Assembly (NCBI GenBank): GCA_963205165.1
Contig: CAUJJX010000030.1
Location: forward strand, 878-64,877
Source: Pseudomonadota bacterium
Lineage (GTDB): Bacteria; Pseudomonadota; Gammaproteobacteria; Burkholderiales; Ga0077523
Reading direction: 5' to 3'
DNA: 64,000 nucleotides
Below the pieces are notes generated by a model. The model saw only the letters and a list, made by a program, of their open reading frames with translations. It was not told the DNA's origin and did not search any database. This document shows positions 9,235 to 18,629 of this stretch, piece by piece (within the stretch, counting starts at the first letter, position 1; each line of letters starts with the position of its first letter). A program made the translations under genes and the position numbers.

Positions 9235-10275
9235 ATGATGCACGGAGACATTTCCAGCAGCCGGGACACCGTCGGTGTCGCGGTCGTGAACTACACGATG
9301 CCGCGGCTGCACACGAAGGCCGAGGTGATCGCCAACGCGCGGAAGATCGCCGACATGCTGAAGGGCATGAAGCGCGGCCTGCCCGGCATGGACCTCGTGA
9401 TCTTCCCCGAGTACAGCACCCACGGGATCATGTACGACGCGAAGGAGATGTACGACACGGCCGCGTCGGTGCCCGGCGAGGAGACCGAGATCTTCGCCGC
9501 GGCCTGCCGCGAGGCGAAGGTCTGGGGCGTCTTCTCGCTCACCGGCGAGCGGCACGAGGAGCATCCGCACAAGGCGCCGTACAACACGCTGATCCTGATG
9601 AACGACCAGGGCGAGATCGTGCAGAAGTACCGCAAGATCATGCCGTGGGTGCCCATCGAGGGCTGGTATCCGGGCAACTGCACGTACGTGTCCGAGGGCC
9701 CGAAGGGCCTGAAGATCAGCCTGATCATCTGCGACGACGGCAACTACCCGGAGATCTGGCGCGACTGCGCGATGAAGGGCGCCGAGCTGATCGTCCGCTG
9801 CCAGGGCTACATGTATCCCGCGAAGGACCAGCAGGTCGTGATGGCGAAGGCGATGGCGTGGGCGAACAACACGTACGTCGCCGTCGCGAACGCAGCCGGC
9901 TTCGACGGCGTGTACTCGTACTTCGGCCACTCCGCGATCATCGGCTTCGACGGCCGCACGCTCGGCGAATGCGGCGAGGAGGACATGGGCGTGCAGTACG
10001 CGGCGCTCTCGACGAGCCTGATCCGCGACTTCCGCAAGAACGGTCAGTCCGAGAACCACCTCTTCAAGCTCCTCCATCGCGGCTACACCGGAATGATCAA
10101 TTCGCACGAAGGCGACAAGGGGGTGGCCGCCTGCCCGTACGACTTCTACAAGCGATGGATCACGGACCCCGATGCCACGCGCGAGGCCGTCGAGGCGATC
10201 ACGCGCACGACCGTCGGCACGGAGGAATGCCCGATCGACGGCATCCCGAACGGCGCGACGCCGGTGCATCGCTGA
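9235..10275 (+). CDS. amiE: Aliphatic amidase (nitrilase-superfamily acylamide amidohydrolase)
   Basis: It is near-collinear with P. aeruginosa AmiE: [32 protein letters not shown] (catalytic Glu), YRKIMPW (Lys), [17 protein letters not shown] (Cys), and [30 protein letters not shown]. The RBS is GAGGAG. Confidence 0.93.
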   Translation: MMHGDISSSRDTVGVAVVNYTMPRLHTKAEVIANARKIADMLKGMKRGLPGMDLVIFPEYSTHGIMYDAKEMYDTAASVPGEETEIFAAACREAKVWGVFSLTGERHEEHPHKAPYNTLILMNDQGEIVQKYRKIMPWVPIEGWYPGNCTYVSEGPKGLKISLIICDDGNYPEIWRDCAMKGAELIVRCQGYMYPAKDQQVVMAKAMAWANNTYVAVANAAGFDGVYSYFGHSAIIGFDGRTLGECGEEDMGVQYAALSTSLIRDFRKNGQSENHLFKLLHRGYTGMINSHEGDKGVAACPYDFYKRWITDPDATREAVEAITRTTVGTEECPIDGIPNGATPVHR

Positions 10276-10345
10276 CCGCACCACGACGACCGGACGGCGG
10301 GTGCGGCACACTCGCCGTCCATCTCGGCAACCGACAGGACACACC

Positions 10346-10795
10346 ATGCTGCGTCTCACCAGGGTGCTCGGCCACGCGACCGATCCGCTGATCGCGGAAT
10401 CCCTGCACCAGCTCGAACACGGCGGCGGCGTCGAGCGCATCCGGCTCTCGCGCGCCGACACCGCCCGCAAGCGGCTGCACGCCTTCACCGACCGCGGCAC
10501 CGAGGTCGGGATCATGCTCGACCGCACCGAGGCGCTCGCGAACGGCGCCGTGCTGTGGCTCGACGACGCCCGCGCGATCGTCGTCGCGCTCGACGAGCCG
10601 CAATGGCTCGGGCTCGCCCCGCGCGATGCCGCCGCCGCGCTGGAGCTCGGCTACTTCTGCGGGAACATGCACTGGAAGGTGCGGTTCGCCGGCGAGTACC
10701 TGCACGTGTCGCTCGAGGGGCCGCGCGACGACTACCTCGTGCGTCTCGCGCATCTCGTGAAATCGGGCGCGATCCGGGTGATCGGCGATGAGTGA
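10346..10795 (+). CDS. ureE: Urease accessory protein UreE (no His-rich tail)
   Basis: The 149-aa product carries LELGYFCGNMHWKVRF, the equivalent of the UreE GNRH metal-site motif. It sits at the head of the ure genes. It ends ...GAIRVIGDE without poly-His. Confidence 0.75.
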   Translation: MLRLTRVLGHATDPLIAESLHQLEHGGGVERIRLSRADTARKRLHAFTDRGTEVGIMLDRTEALANGAVLWLDDARAIVVALDEPQWLGLAPRDAAAALELGYFCGNMHWKVRFAGEYLHVSLEGPRDDYLVRLAHLVKSGAIRVIGDE

Positions 10796-11468
10796 TCTCG
10801 CGCAGACGCTCGCACTGCTGCAGTTCGGCGACAGCTTCTTCCCGAGCGGCGCGACGTCGTTCTCGTGGGGGCTCGAGACGCTGCGGGCCGATGGTCTCGT
10901 CGTGCGCGCATCCGACGTCGAGGCGCTGATCGAGGGGCAGATCCGGCATCGGTGGGCGAGCTTCGACCGGCCCGCGCTGATCGCGTCGTATCGCGCCGCC
11001 GGTGATCTCGATCGCATCGCCGACGTCGATCGCGAGATCGATGCCGCGACGCTCGCCCGCGAGGCACGCGATGGCGGACGCCGCATCGGCAGCGCGCTCC
11101 TGAAGGTGCACGCCGGCATGGGGACGCCGGGCGCCGCCGACTATCGCGAACGCGTGCAGCGCGGCGATGCGTGCGGCCAGATGACGGCGGTGCACGGATT
11201 GATCGGCCACGCGACGGGCCTCGACGAGACGGCGGTGTGCGCGCTGTCGGCCTACGGACTCGCCGTCGGCACCATCGGCGCCGCGCTGCGCGTCGGACTG
11301 CTCGGTCACGTCGAGGGGCAGGCGATCCTCGCGCGGATGCGTGCGGTCGTCGACGAGGCCGTCGCGTCGCCGCTGCCCGCCGTCGACGCCTGCCACGCAT
11401 ACACGCCCATGGCCGAGATCGCGATGATGCGACACGAGACCGGCAGCGGCCGGATGTTCGCGAGCTGA
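10788..11468 (+). CDS. ureF: Urease accessory protein UreF
   Basis: [21 protein letters not shown] is the characteristic UreF N-terminal motif. It overlaps ureE by 8 nt. Confidence 0.85.
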   Translation: MSDLAQTLALLQFGDSFFPSGATSFSWGLETLRADGLVVRASDVEALIEGQIRHRWASFDRPALIASYRAAGDLDRIADVDREIDAATLAREARDGGRRIGSALLKVHAGMGTPGAADYRERVQRGDACGQMTAVHGLIGHATGLDETAVCALSAYGLAVGTIGAALRVGLLGHVEGQAILARMRAVVDEAVASPLPAVDACHAYTPMAEIAMMRHETGSGRMFAS

Positions 11469-11490
11469 CGCCACCACCAGGACACCGACC

Positions 11491-12186
11491 ATGCTGCTGA
11501 CCCCGACCGAACTGGAACGCCTCACGATCTACACGGCCGCCGAGCTGGCGCGGAAGCGTCGCGCGAAGGGGCTGAAGCTGAATCATCCGGAGACCGTCGC
11601 GTTCATCGCCGACGAGATCCTGGAGGGCGCGCGCGAAGGCCGCTCGGTCGCCGACCTCATCGGGTGGGGCGCGACGCTGCTGACCACAGACGACGTCATG
11701 CCGGGCGTCGCTGCGATGCTGCCGATCCTGCAGGTCGAGGGCACGTTCCCCGACGGCACGAAGCTCGTGACCGTGCACGATCCGGTGCGGCCCGGCCGCG
11801 TCGCCGTCGCACCCGGCCCGACGCCCGGCGAGATCCTGCCGGCCGACGGCGACATCGAGATCAACGCGGGCCGCCGCCGGCACACGCTGCGTGCGCGCAA
11901 CACCGGCGACCGGCCCATCCAGATCGGCAGCCATTACCACTTCTTCGAGGCGAACCGCGCGCTCGACTTCGATCGCGGCGCGGCCTTCGGCATGCACCTC
12001 GACATTCCCGCCGGGACCGCCGTGCGCTTCGAGCCCGGCGAGGAGAAGGAAGTGACGCTCGCGGCCTTCGGCGGCACGGGCGAGATCGTCGGGCTGAACG
12101 CGCTGACGAACGGCACGACGCATGGCGAGGACGCCCGGGATGCAGCACTCGCCCGCGCGCGGGAACGTGGATTCCGGGGCGCATGA
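11491..12186 (+). CDS. ureAB: Urease gamma-beta fusion subunit (UreAB)
   Basis: The N-terminal ~100 aa are the gamma subunit ([39 protein letters not shown] ... [11 protein letters not shown]). The C-terminal part is the beta subunit ([43 protein letters not shown] ... [16 protein letters not shown]). It is one continuous 231-aa ORF. Confidence 0.9.
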   Translation: MLLTPTELERLTIYTAAELARKRRAKGLKLNHPETVAFIADEILEGAREGRSVADLIGWGATLLTTDDVMPGVAAMLPILQVEGTFPDGTKLVTVHDPVRPGRVAVAPGPTPGEILPADGDIEINAGRRRHTLRARNTGDRPIQIGSHYHFFEANRALDFDRGAAFGMHLDIPAGTAVRFEPGEEKEVTLAAFGGTGEIVGLNALTNGTTHGEDARDAALARARERGFRGA

Positions 12187-12216
12187 GCGGCCCGGTCCTT
12201 TGAGGAGTCGACGTCG

Positions 12217-13929
12217 ATGGCGAAGTTGTCGAGAAGGGAATACGCGCAGCTCTACGGCCCGACCACCGGAGACGGCATCCGGCTGGGCGACACCGAGCTG
12301 ATCGCCGAGGTCGAGTTCGACCACGCCGTGCCGGGCGACGAATGTCTGCACGGCGGCGGCAAGACGCTGCGTGACGGCCTCGGGCTCGTCGCCGGGTACG
12401 ACAGCGCCGACGGCGCGCTCGACATGCTGATCTCGAACGTCGTCGTGATCGATCCGGTCGTCGGCATCGTGAAGGGCGACATCGGCATCAAGGACGGCCG
12501 CATCGTCGCGATCGGCAAGGCGGGCAACCCGGCGATCATGGACGGCGTGCACCCGAAGCTCATCTGCGGCGCGGCGACGACCGTCCGCGACGGCGAGGGG
12601 ATGATCGCCACGCCGGGCGGCATCGACGTGCACGTGCACTTCGATTCGGCGCAGCTCGTGGAGCACGCGATCTCGTCCGGTCTCACGACGATGATCGGCG
12701 GATCGCTCGGTCCGATCACGGTCGGGATCGACTGCGGCGGCGCGTGGAACGTCGCGCGGATGCTGCAGGCGGCGGAGCAGTGGCCGATGAATTTCGGCTT
12801 CCTCGGACGCGGCAATTCGTCGAAGCCGAAGTCGCTGCTCGACCAGATCAGCGGCGGCTGCCTCGGACTGAAGATCCACGAGGACTGGGGCGCGATGCCC
12901 GCCGCGATCGACACGTGTCTCTCGGTCGCCGACGAACTCGACTTCCAGGTGCAGCTCCACACCGACACGCTGAACGAATCCGGCTTCCTGGAGGACACGC
13001 TCGCCGCCATCGGCGACCGGACGATCCACATGTATCACACGGAAGGTGCGGGCGGCGGGCACGCGCCGGACATCATCGCCGTCGCGGGCAAGTACAACTG
13101 CCTGCCGTCGTCGACGAACCCGACCAACCCGTACACCGTGAACACGTTCGACGAGCACCTCGACATGATCATGGTGTGCCACCACCTCAACCCGTCCGTG
13201 CCCGAGGACGTCGCGTTCGCCGAGAGCCGCATCCGCGCGCAGACGATCGCCGCCGAGGATGTCCTGCACGACATGGGCGCGATCTCGATGCTCGGGTCCG
13301 ACAGCCAGGGCATGGGCCGCATCCACGAGGTGATCTGCCGCACGTGGCAGCTCGCGTCGAAGATGAAGCAGCAGCGCGGCCGGCTGCCGGAGGAGAAGAC
13401 GCGCACCGGCGACAACGAGCGCATCCGCCGCTACATCGCGAAGTACACGATCAACGCGGCGCGCACCTTCGGCATCGACGCGCACGTGGGTTCGCTCGAG
13501 CCGGGCAAGCTCGCGGACATCGTGCTGTGGCGCCCGGCCTTCTTCGGCATCAAGCCCGAGCTGGTCGTGAAGGGCGGCTTCATCGCGTGGGGCGCGATGG
13601 GCGATTCGGCGGCGTCGCTCATGACGTGCGAGCCGATCCTGCTGCGTCCGCAGTGGGGCGCGTTCGGTGCCGCGAAGCAGCCGCTCTCGGCGTGCTTCGT
13701 GAACCCCGCCGCGATCGCCGCCGACCTCGCCGGCACGCTCGGCCTCACGAAGCCGCTGCTCCCCTCTCGCGGGACGCGGCGGCTGAACAAGTCGCACATG
13801 CTCCACAATGACGCCTGCCCGAACATCACGGTGAACGCGCAGACCTTCGACGTGATGATCGACGGCCGCGTCATCGGCTGCGAGCCCGCGAAGGTGGTGC
13901 CGCTCGCACAGAGGTACATGCTGCGATGA
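12217..13929 (+). CDS. ureC: Urease alpha (catalytic) subunit
   Basis: All nickel-site motifs are present: [18 protein letters not shown] (carbamylated Lys), [29 protein letters not shown] and GSDSQGMGR. Confidence 0.95.
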   Translation: MAKLSRREYAQLYGPTTGDGIRLGDTELIAEVEFDHAVPGDECLHGGGKTLRDGLGLVAGYDSADGALDMLISNVVVIDPVVGIVKGDIGIKDGRIVAIGKAGNPAIMDGVHPKLICGAATTVRDGEGMIATPGGIDVHVHFDSAQLVEHAISSGLTTMIGGSLGPITVGIDCGGAWNVARMLQAAEQWPMNFGFLGRGNSSKPKSLLDQISGGCLGLKIHEDWGAMPAAIDTCLSVADELDFQVQLHTDTLNESGFLEDTLAAIGDRTIHMYHTEGAGGGHAPDIIAVAGKYNCLPSSTNPTNPYTVNTFDEHLDMIMVCHHLNPSVPEDVAFAESRIRAQTIAAEDVLHDMGAISMLGSDSQGMGRIHEVICRTWQLASKMKQQRGRLPEEKTRTGDNERIRRYIAKYTINAARTFGIDAHVGSLEPGKLADIVLWRPAFFGIKPELVVKGGFIAWGAMGDSAASLMTCEPILLRPQWGAFGAAKQPLSACFVNPAAIAADLAGTLGLTKPLLPSRGTRRLNKSHMLHNDACPNITVNAQTFDVMIDGRVIGCEPAKVVPLAQRYMLR

Positions 13930-13991
13930 CCGCGTTCCCGGAGTCCTGACGCTCCCCGACCCATTTTCGATCCGAACCCGAACGCATCACG

Positions 13992-14645
13992 ATGAACACC
14001 GTCACCGACCAGTCTTCCGCCACCGCCGTCCGCCCGTCCACCGCCGCCCGTGTCGGCATCGGTGGCCCCGTCGGCAGCGGCAAGACCGCGCTGCTCGAAC
14101 AGCTGATCCCGCGGTTCGCCGCGCGCGGCACCAACCTCGCCGTCATCACGAACGACATCGCGACCAGGGAGGACGCCGAGCGCGTCCGCCGCAGCGGGTT
14201 GATCGCGCCGGAACGCGTGCTCGCCGTCGAGACGGGGGCGTGCCCACATTCCGCGATCCGCGAGGACCCGACACTCAATATGGAATCGGCCGACGCGCTC
14301 GACCGGAAGTTTTCCGGGCTCGAGCTGATCCTGATCGAGTCGGGCGGCGACAACCTCGCGTCGTCGTTCTCGCTCGACCTCGTCGACTACTGGCTGTTCG
14401 TGATCGACGTGGCCGGCGGCGACGACATCCCCCGCAAGCGTGGCCTCGGCGTGCTGTCGTGCGACCTGCTCGTGATCAACAAGACCGATCTCGCGCCGTA
14501 CGTCCGCGTCGACCTGCCGCGCATGGTCCGCGAGGCGAACGAGGTCAGGCGTGGCAAGTCCGTGCTGCTCACGAACTGCGCAACGGGCGAGGGCGTCGAC
14601 GCGATCGTCGAGACCATCGCGCGCGAGGTGCTGTTTGACCGGTGA
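13992..14645 (+). CDS. ureG: Urease accessory GTPase UreG
   Basis: The P-loop is [11 protein letters not shown]. Other UreG motifs present are [20 protein letters not shown] and INKTDLAP. Confidence 0.93.
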   Translation: MNTVTDQSSATAVRPSTAARVGIGGPVGSGKTALLEQLIPRFAARGTNLAVITNDIATREDAERVRRSGLIAPERVLAVETGACPHSAIREDPTLNMESADALDRKFSGLELILIESGGDNLASSFSLDLVDYWLFVIDVAGGDDIPRKRGLGVLSCDLLVINKTDLAPYVRVDLPRMVREANEVRRGKSVLLTNCATGEGVDAIVETIAREVLFDR

Positions 14646-15495
14646 CCGCATCCTGCCGGACGACCTCGACGCCGTGCCGCGCCAGGTCGCGCTCGCCTTC
14701 CGGCGCGATCCGTCCGGCCGCACGTACCTGCTGCGGCAGCACGCGGCGTATCCGTTCCACGTGGGTCGCGCGCTGTACCTGCCGGGCGATCCCGGGGGGT
14801 TCTGCACGACGTACCTCCAGTCGTGCTCGGGCGGCATCTTCCAGCGCGACCGGCTCGGCATCGCGGTGCACGCGGAAGCCGGCGCGGGTGTCCACGTCAC
14901 GACGTCCGCGTCGACGGTCGTGCACTCGATGGAGGACGGCGACGCCGCGCAGTCGATCGTGCTGGACGCAGGCGAGGATGCCGTCCTCGAGTACCTGCCC
15001 GATCCGCAGATCCTCTTTCCGCGCAGCCGCCTGGCGAACCGCCTCGTGATCCGCGCGCATCCGTCGGCGACGGTCGTCGCGTGCGACAGCTTCCTGCCGC
15101 ACGATCCCGCCGCGGCGGGCGAGCCCTTCGACTGGCTGAGGTCCGACACGCGCGTCGAGGACGAATCCGGCGCGCTGCTCGCGGCCGACCGCTTCGCCGT
15201 CACGGGCGCGGATGCCATGGCGGCACGCGTCGGCATCCACGGCGCGTACCGGATGCAGGCGACGCTGCTCGTCGTCCATCGGCGCGATCCGGACGCGATG
15301 CTCGCGGTCCTGCGCGGCGTGCTGCCCGATGGCGATACGGTCTACGCCGGCGCGTCGCTGCTGCCGAACGGCGCGGGCGCGTGGCTGCGGGCGTTGTCGA
15401 GCGATGCGGTCGCGCTGCGCGCGACGCTCCGCGATGCGTGGGCAGCGGTGCGGTCCGCGACGACGGGCCACGCGCCGGGCCCCCGCAGGAAATGA
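14635..15495 (+). CDS. ureD: Urease accessory protein UreD/UreH
   Basis: It has a UreD-like core ([38 protein letters not shown] ... [12 protein letters not shown]). The start is uncertain. TTG at 14635 (an 11-nt overlap with ureG) is proposed; the alternative is the track ATG at 14551. Confidence 0.75.
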   Translation: MTGDRILPDDLDAVPRQVALAFRRDPSGRTYLLRQHAAYPFHVGRALYLPGDPGGFCTTYLQSCSGGIFQRDRLGIAVHAEAGAGVHVTTSASTVVHSMEDGDAAQSIVLDAGEDAVLEYLPDPQILFPRSRLANRLVIRAHPSATVVACDSFLPHDPAAAGEPFDWLRSDTRVEDESGALLAADRFAVTGADAMAARVGIHGAYRMQATLLVVHRRDPDAMLAVLRGVLPDGDTVYAGASLLPNGAGAWLRALSSDAVALRATLRDAWAAVRSATTGHAPGPRRK

Positions 15496-15544
15496 ACATG
15501 ACCGTCGCGCATCGAGCGCGATGCAGCTTCGGAGAACCGGATCG

Positions 15545-16375
15545 ATGAGTCACATGCACGAACCCGCGCGCGCCCCGGCCGTGATCGACCAGTACCGCAT
15601 CACGCAGGAGCCCTACTACCGGGCCGTCGGCGACGAGGTCGCGCTGTACGAGGCGGCGTATGCCGCGCGGCTGCCGATGATGCTCAAGGGACCGACGGGC
15701 TGCGGCAAGACGCGCTTCATCGAGTACATGGCGTGGAAGCTCGGGCGCCCGCTCGTGACGCTCGCGTGCAACGAGGACATGACCGCGTCGGATCTCGTCG
15801 GTCGCTGGCTGCTCGACGCCGAGGGCACGCGCTGGCAGGACGGTCCGCTGACGCTCGCGGCGCGGTACGGCGGCATCTGCTACCTCGACGAGGTGGTCGA
15901 GGCCCGGCAGGACACCGCCGTCGTGATCCATCCGCTGACCGATTCGCGGCGCTGCCTGCCGCTCGAGAAGAAGAACGAACTGGTCGAGGCGCATCCCGAC
16001 TTCCAGCTCGTGATCTCGTACAACCCGGGCTACCAGAGCATCCTCAAGGACCTCAAGCAGTCCACGAAGCAGCGCTTCGGCGCGCTCGATTTCCATTACC
16101 CCGAGCACGACATCGAGACCGAGATCGTCGCGCACGAGAGCGGCGTCGATGCCGCCGTCGCGGCGAAGCTCGTGTCGATCGGCGAGAAGACCCGCAACCT
16201 CAAGGGCCACGGGCTGGACGAAGGCGTGTCGACGCGCATGCTGATCCACGCGGGTCACCTGATCGCGCGGGGCATCGAACCGGTGGCGGCGTGCCGCGTG
16301 ACGCTGGTGCGTCCGATCACGGACGACCCGGACATGCGCGATGCGCTGGATGCGGTGGTGACGACGTTCTTCTGA
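15545..16375 (+). CDS. MoxR-class AAA+ ATPase, CbbQ/NirQ/NorQ/GpvN family
   Basis: Walker A is [12 protein letters not shown] and Walker B is [10 protein letters not shown]. The family-typical stretches [15 protein letters not shown] and KQSTKQRF are present. ATG at 15545 follows GGAGAA. It lies 49 nt after ureD. Confidence 0.88.
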   Translation: MSHMHEPARAPAVIDQYRITQEPYYRAVGDEVALYEAAYAARLPMMLKGPTGCGKTRFIEYMAWKLGRPLVTLACNEDMTASDLVGRWLLDAEGTRWQDGPLTLAARYGGICYLDEVVEARQDTAVVIHPLTDSRRCLPLEKKNELVEAHPDFQLVISYNPGYQSILKDLKQSTKQRFGALDFHYPEHDIETEIVAHESGVDAAVAAKLVSIGEKTRNLKGHGLDEGVSTRMLIHAGHLIARGIEPVAACRVTLVRPITDDPDMRDALDAVVTTFF

Positions 16376-16483
16376 GCGCGCGATGATCGAGGCAGTCCCG
16401 ATGCGAGGACGAACGGACGTCCGCGTGGTCGCGGCGAATGCGCGCGACGACCACGGGTGCGTGGCTCGCGGACCACGGCGCCG

Positions 16484-18211
16484 ATGAACGACCTCGCGCA
16501 GTTCGTCGACGCCCGCCGCCGGCTCGGCTTCTACCTGCGCGCCCTCTGGGACGACGGCCGCGACCTGCGCGGGTTTCCCGCGACGCCGCGCCAGGATCGT
16601 CCGTTCGTCACGCCGCTCGGGATCCATCTGCCCGACACCGTGCGTGTCGCGCGCGGCGAAGCCGGTGACGCGCTCTACCGTGCGGCCGTCGCCCACGCGG
16701 CGGCCCATCTCGCGTTCTCCGCCGCGCCGCAGCCGCGCGCCGGATTGAAGCCTGTCCAGATCGCGCTGGTCGGGCTCCTGGAGGACGCCCGCGTCGAACT
16801 CCTCGCGATCCGCGAACTGCCGGGGCTGCGGCGACTCTGGTCGCGATTCCACGAGGCGCAGGCCGGTGGCGTCGTGACGTTCGAGGCGCTCGCTGCGCGG
16901 CTCGCCCGGACGCTGCTCGATCCGGCGCATCACGACGACGATCCGTGGGTCGCGAAAGGGCGGCGGCTGTTCACGGATGCGTCGGTCGATCTCGCCGATG
17001 CGTCGTTCGTGCGGCCGCTCGCCTCGCTGCTCGGCAACGACATCGGGCAGATGCGCCTGCCGTTCAACGTGAAGACCTACGTCGTCGAACCCGCGTATCG
17101 CGACGACAACAGCGTGCTGTGGCAGCCCGATCCGGACACGCCCGACGAGGCTCTGATGCTCGAGGAGGAAGTGCTCGTCGTGCGGCCCGAGATCGTCGAG
17201 GTCGACGGTGGCGAGATCCTCGAGGACCCCGGTGCGCCCGAGACCGAAGGCGTGAAGCCCGTCGGCGGCGGCGAGCCTGACCACGACGACGCGACAGCCG
17301 ATGCCGAAGCGTGGCTGCGGCTCTTCAGGTATCCCGAGTGGGATCACCTGATCGGCGCGCTGCGCCCGCAGTGGTGCACGGTCCAGGAGCGTCGCGCGGA
17401 CCTCGGCGATCCGACGCGCATCGACGACATCCTCCATCGACATCGCGACCTGCTCCAGCGCATCGACGCGCTGATCCGCGGCAGCGAGCTGCGCAAGCCG
17501 GTGCGGCTGCGCAGGCAGATGGACGGCGATCACTTCGATCTCGACGCCGTCGTGAACGCGATGCTCGATCTGCGTTCCGGACGCACGCCGGACCCGCGGC
17601 TGCACGTGCGCGTCGACCGGCGCGAGCGCGACCTGTCGGTGCTCGTGCTGCTCGATCTGTCGGAATCGACGAACGACATCGTCCGGGCGTGCGGCCAGTC
17701 GGTGAATGCGCTCGCGTGCGAGGCGACGGTGCTGCTCTCGTCCGCGATGGAACGCATCGGCGACCGCTTCGCGATCGACGGCTTCTGCTCGAACGGCCGC
17801 GGCGAGGTGCGCTACCTGCGCTTCAAGGAGTTCGGCGAGGGGTTCGACGAGGTCGCGAAGGCACGGCTCGCAGGCATGACCGGCCAGTTGTCCACGCGGA
17901 TGGGCGCGGCGCTGCGCCACGCGACGCGCCGGTTGCGCGCCGAGGCGTGCGACAAGCGGCTGATCCTGGTGATCACCGACGGCGAGCCGAGCGACATCGA
18001 CGTCCACGATCCGAAGTACCTGCACGCCGACACGCGCAAGGCCGTCGAGGAGGCGACGCGCGCCGGCGTCTACACGTACTGCATGAGCCTCGACCCGAAG
18101 GCCGACGCGTACGTGAGCCGCATCTTCGGCGCGCGGAACTACACGGTGATGGACCGCATCGACCGGCTGCCGGAGAAGCTGCCGGGGTTGTATCTGCGGC
18201 TGACGCGGTAG
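16484..18211 (+). CDS. NorD/CbbO-like protein with C-terminal von Willebrand factor A domain
   Basis: The C-terminal VWA domain has the MIDAS motif LLDLSES and ILVITDGEPSDID. Length (~575 aa) and pairing with a NorQ-type ATPase fit NorD/CbbO. The start is either ATG at 16484 or GTG at 16457, and neither has a good RBS. Confidence 0.8.
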   Translation: MNDLAQFVDARRRLGFYLRALWDDGRDLRGFPATPRQDRPFVTPLGIHLPDTVRVARGEAGDALYRAAVAHAAAHLAFSAAPQPRAGLKPVQIALVGLLEDARVELLAIRELPGLRRLWSRFHEAQAGGVVTFEALAARLARTLLDPAHHDDDPWVAKGRRLFTDASVDLADASFVRPLASLLGNDIGQMRLPFNVKTYVVEPAYRDDNSVLWQPDPDTPDEALMLEEEVLVVRPEIVEVDGGEILEDPGAPETEGVKPVGGGEPDHDDATADAEAWLRLFRYPEWDHLIGALRPQWCTVQERRADLGDPTRIDDILHRHRDLLQRIDALIRGSELRKPVRLRRQMDGDHFDLDAVVNAMLDLRSGRTPDPRLHVRVDRRERDLSVLVLLDLSESTNDIVRACGQSVNALACEATVLLSSAMERIGDRFAIDGFCSNGRGEVRYLRFKEFGEGFDEVAKARLAGMTGQLSTRMGAALRHATRRLRAEACDKRLILVITDGEPSDIDVHDPKYLHADTRKAVEEATRAGVYTYCMSLDPKADAYVSRIFGARNYTVMDRIDRLPEKLPGLYLRLTR

Positions 18212-18307
18212 GGGATACGCGCGGAGATTGTGCGAACGATGGCGTCGGATTGCGCGGCTGCGAGCTGATCCGACACGACCTATCCAACGCAGTCGGCGAT
18301 CGGGCAT

Positions 18308-18431
18308 CCCTCGCCCGCTCGCGGGAGAGGGAACGAGGGAGAGGGCGCGGAGGTCTTGCGACCGACACCGATCATCGACGCGACGGCTTGCCCTCTCCCC
18401 CGGCCCCTCTCCCGCGGGCGGGCGAGGGGAG
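18308..18431. repeat. Inverted pair of ~40-nt REP-like palindromic elements (CCCTCNCCCGC hairpins)
   Basis: Element 1 is CCCTCGCCCGC-TC-GCGGGAGAGGG followed by AACGAGGGAGAGGG (18308-18347). Element 2 is GCCCTCTCCCCCGGC followed by CCCTCTCCCGC-GG-GCGGGCGAGGG (18390-18431). Element 2 is essentially the reverse complement of element 1. Each folds as an 11-bp hairpin with one central mismatch. Confidence 0.6.
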
Positions 18432-18629
18432 AGAAACGCGACGCGCCGGTGGACGCGGAGCAGGGCATCAACACGGGTGGCTCGGGTTTCGTGGGTGGAA
18501 CAGCGGCATCGCCGCTACCTGCCTTGACACACCCCCGGACGCCTTCCAGAGTCCGGACACCATGCCGACCCCCGCACCGATTCCCTCGCAGCGAATGTGC
18601 GTCACCGCGATCCGCGGGGCATCGTTCCG

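Noticed and set aside
10732-13806. 1024-aa ORF on the minus strand
   Set aside because: It lies exactly antisense to ureF-ureAB-ureC, whose identities are unambiguous. The product is Arg/Ala/Pro/His-rich with no recognisable motif. It is a typical mirror ORF of a high-GC genome.
15200-18307. 1035-aa ORF on the minus strand
   Set aside because: It is antisense to the NorQ-like and NorD-like genes, which carry clear Walker and MIDAS motifs. The composition is Arg/Ala/His/Pro junk. It is a high-GC artefact.
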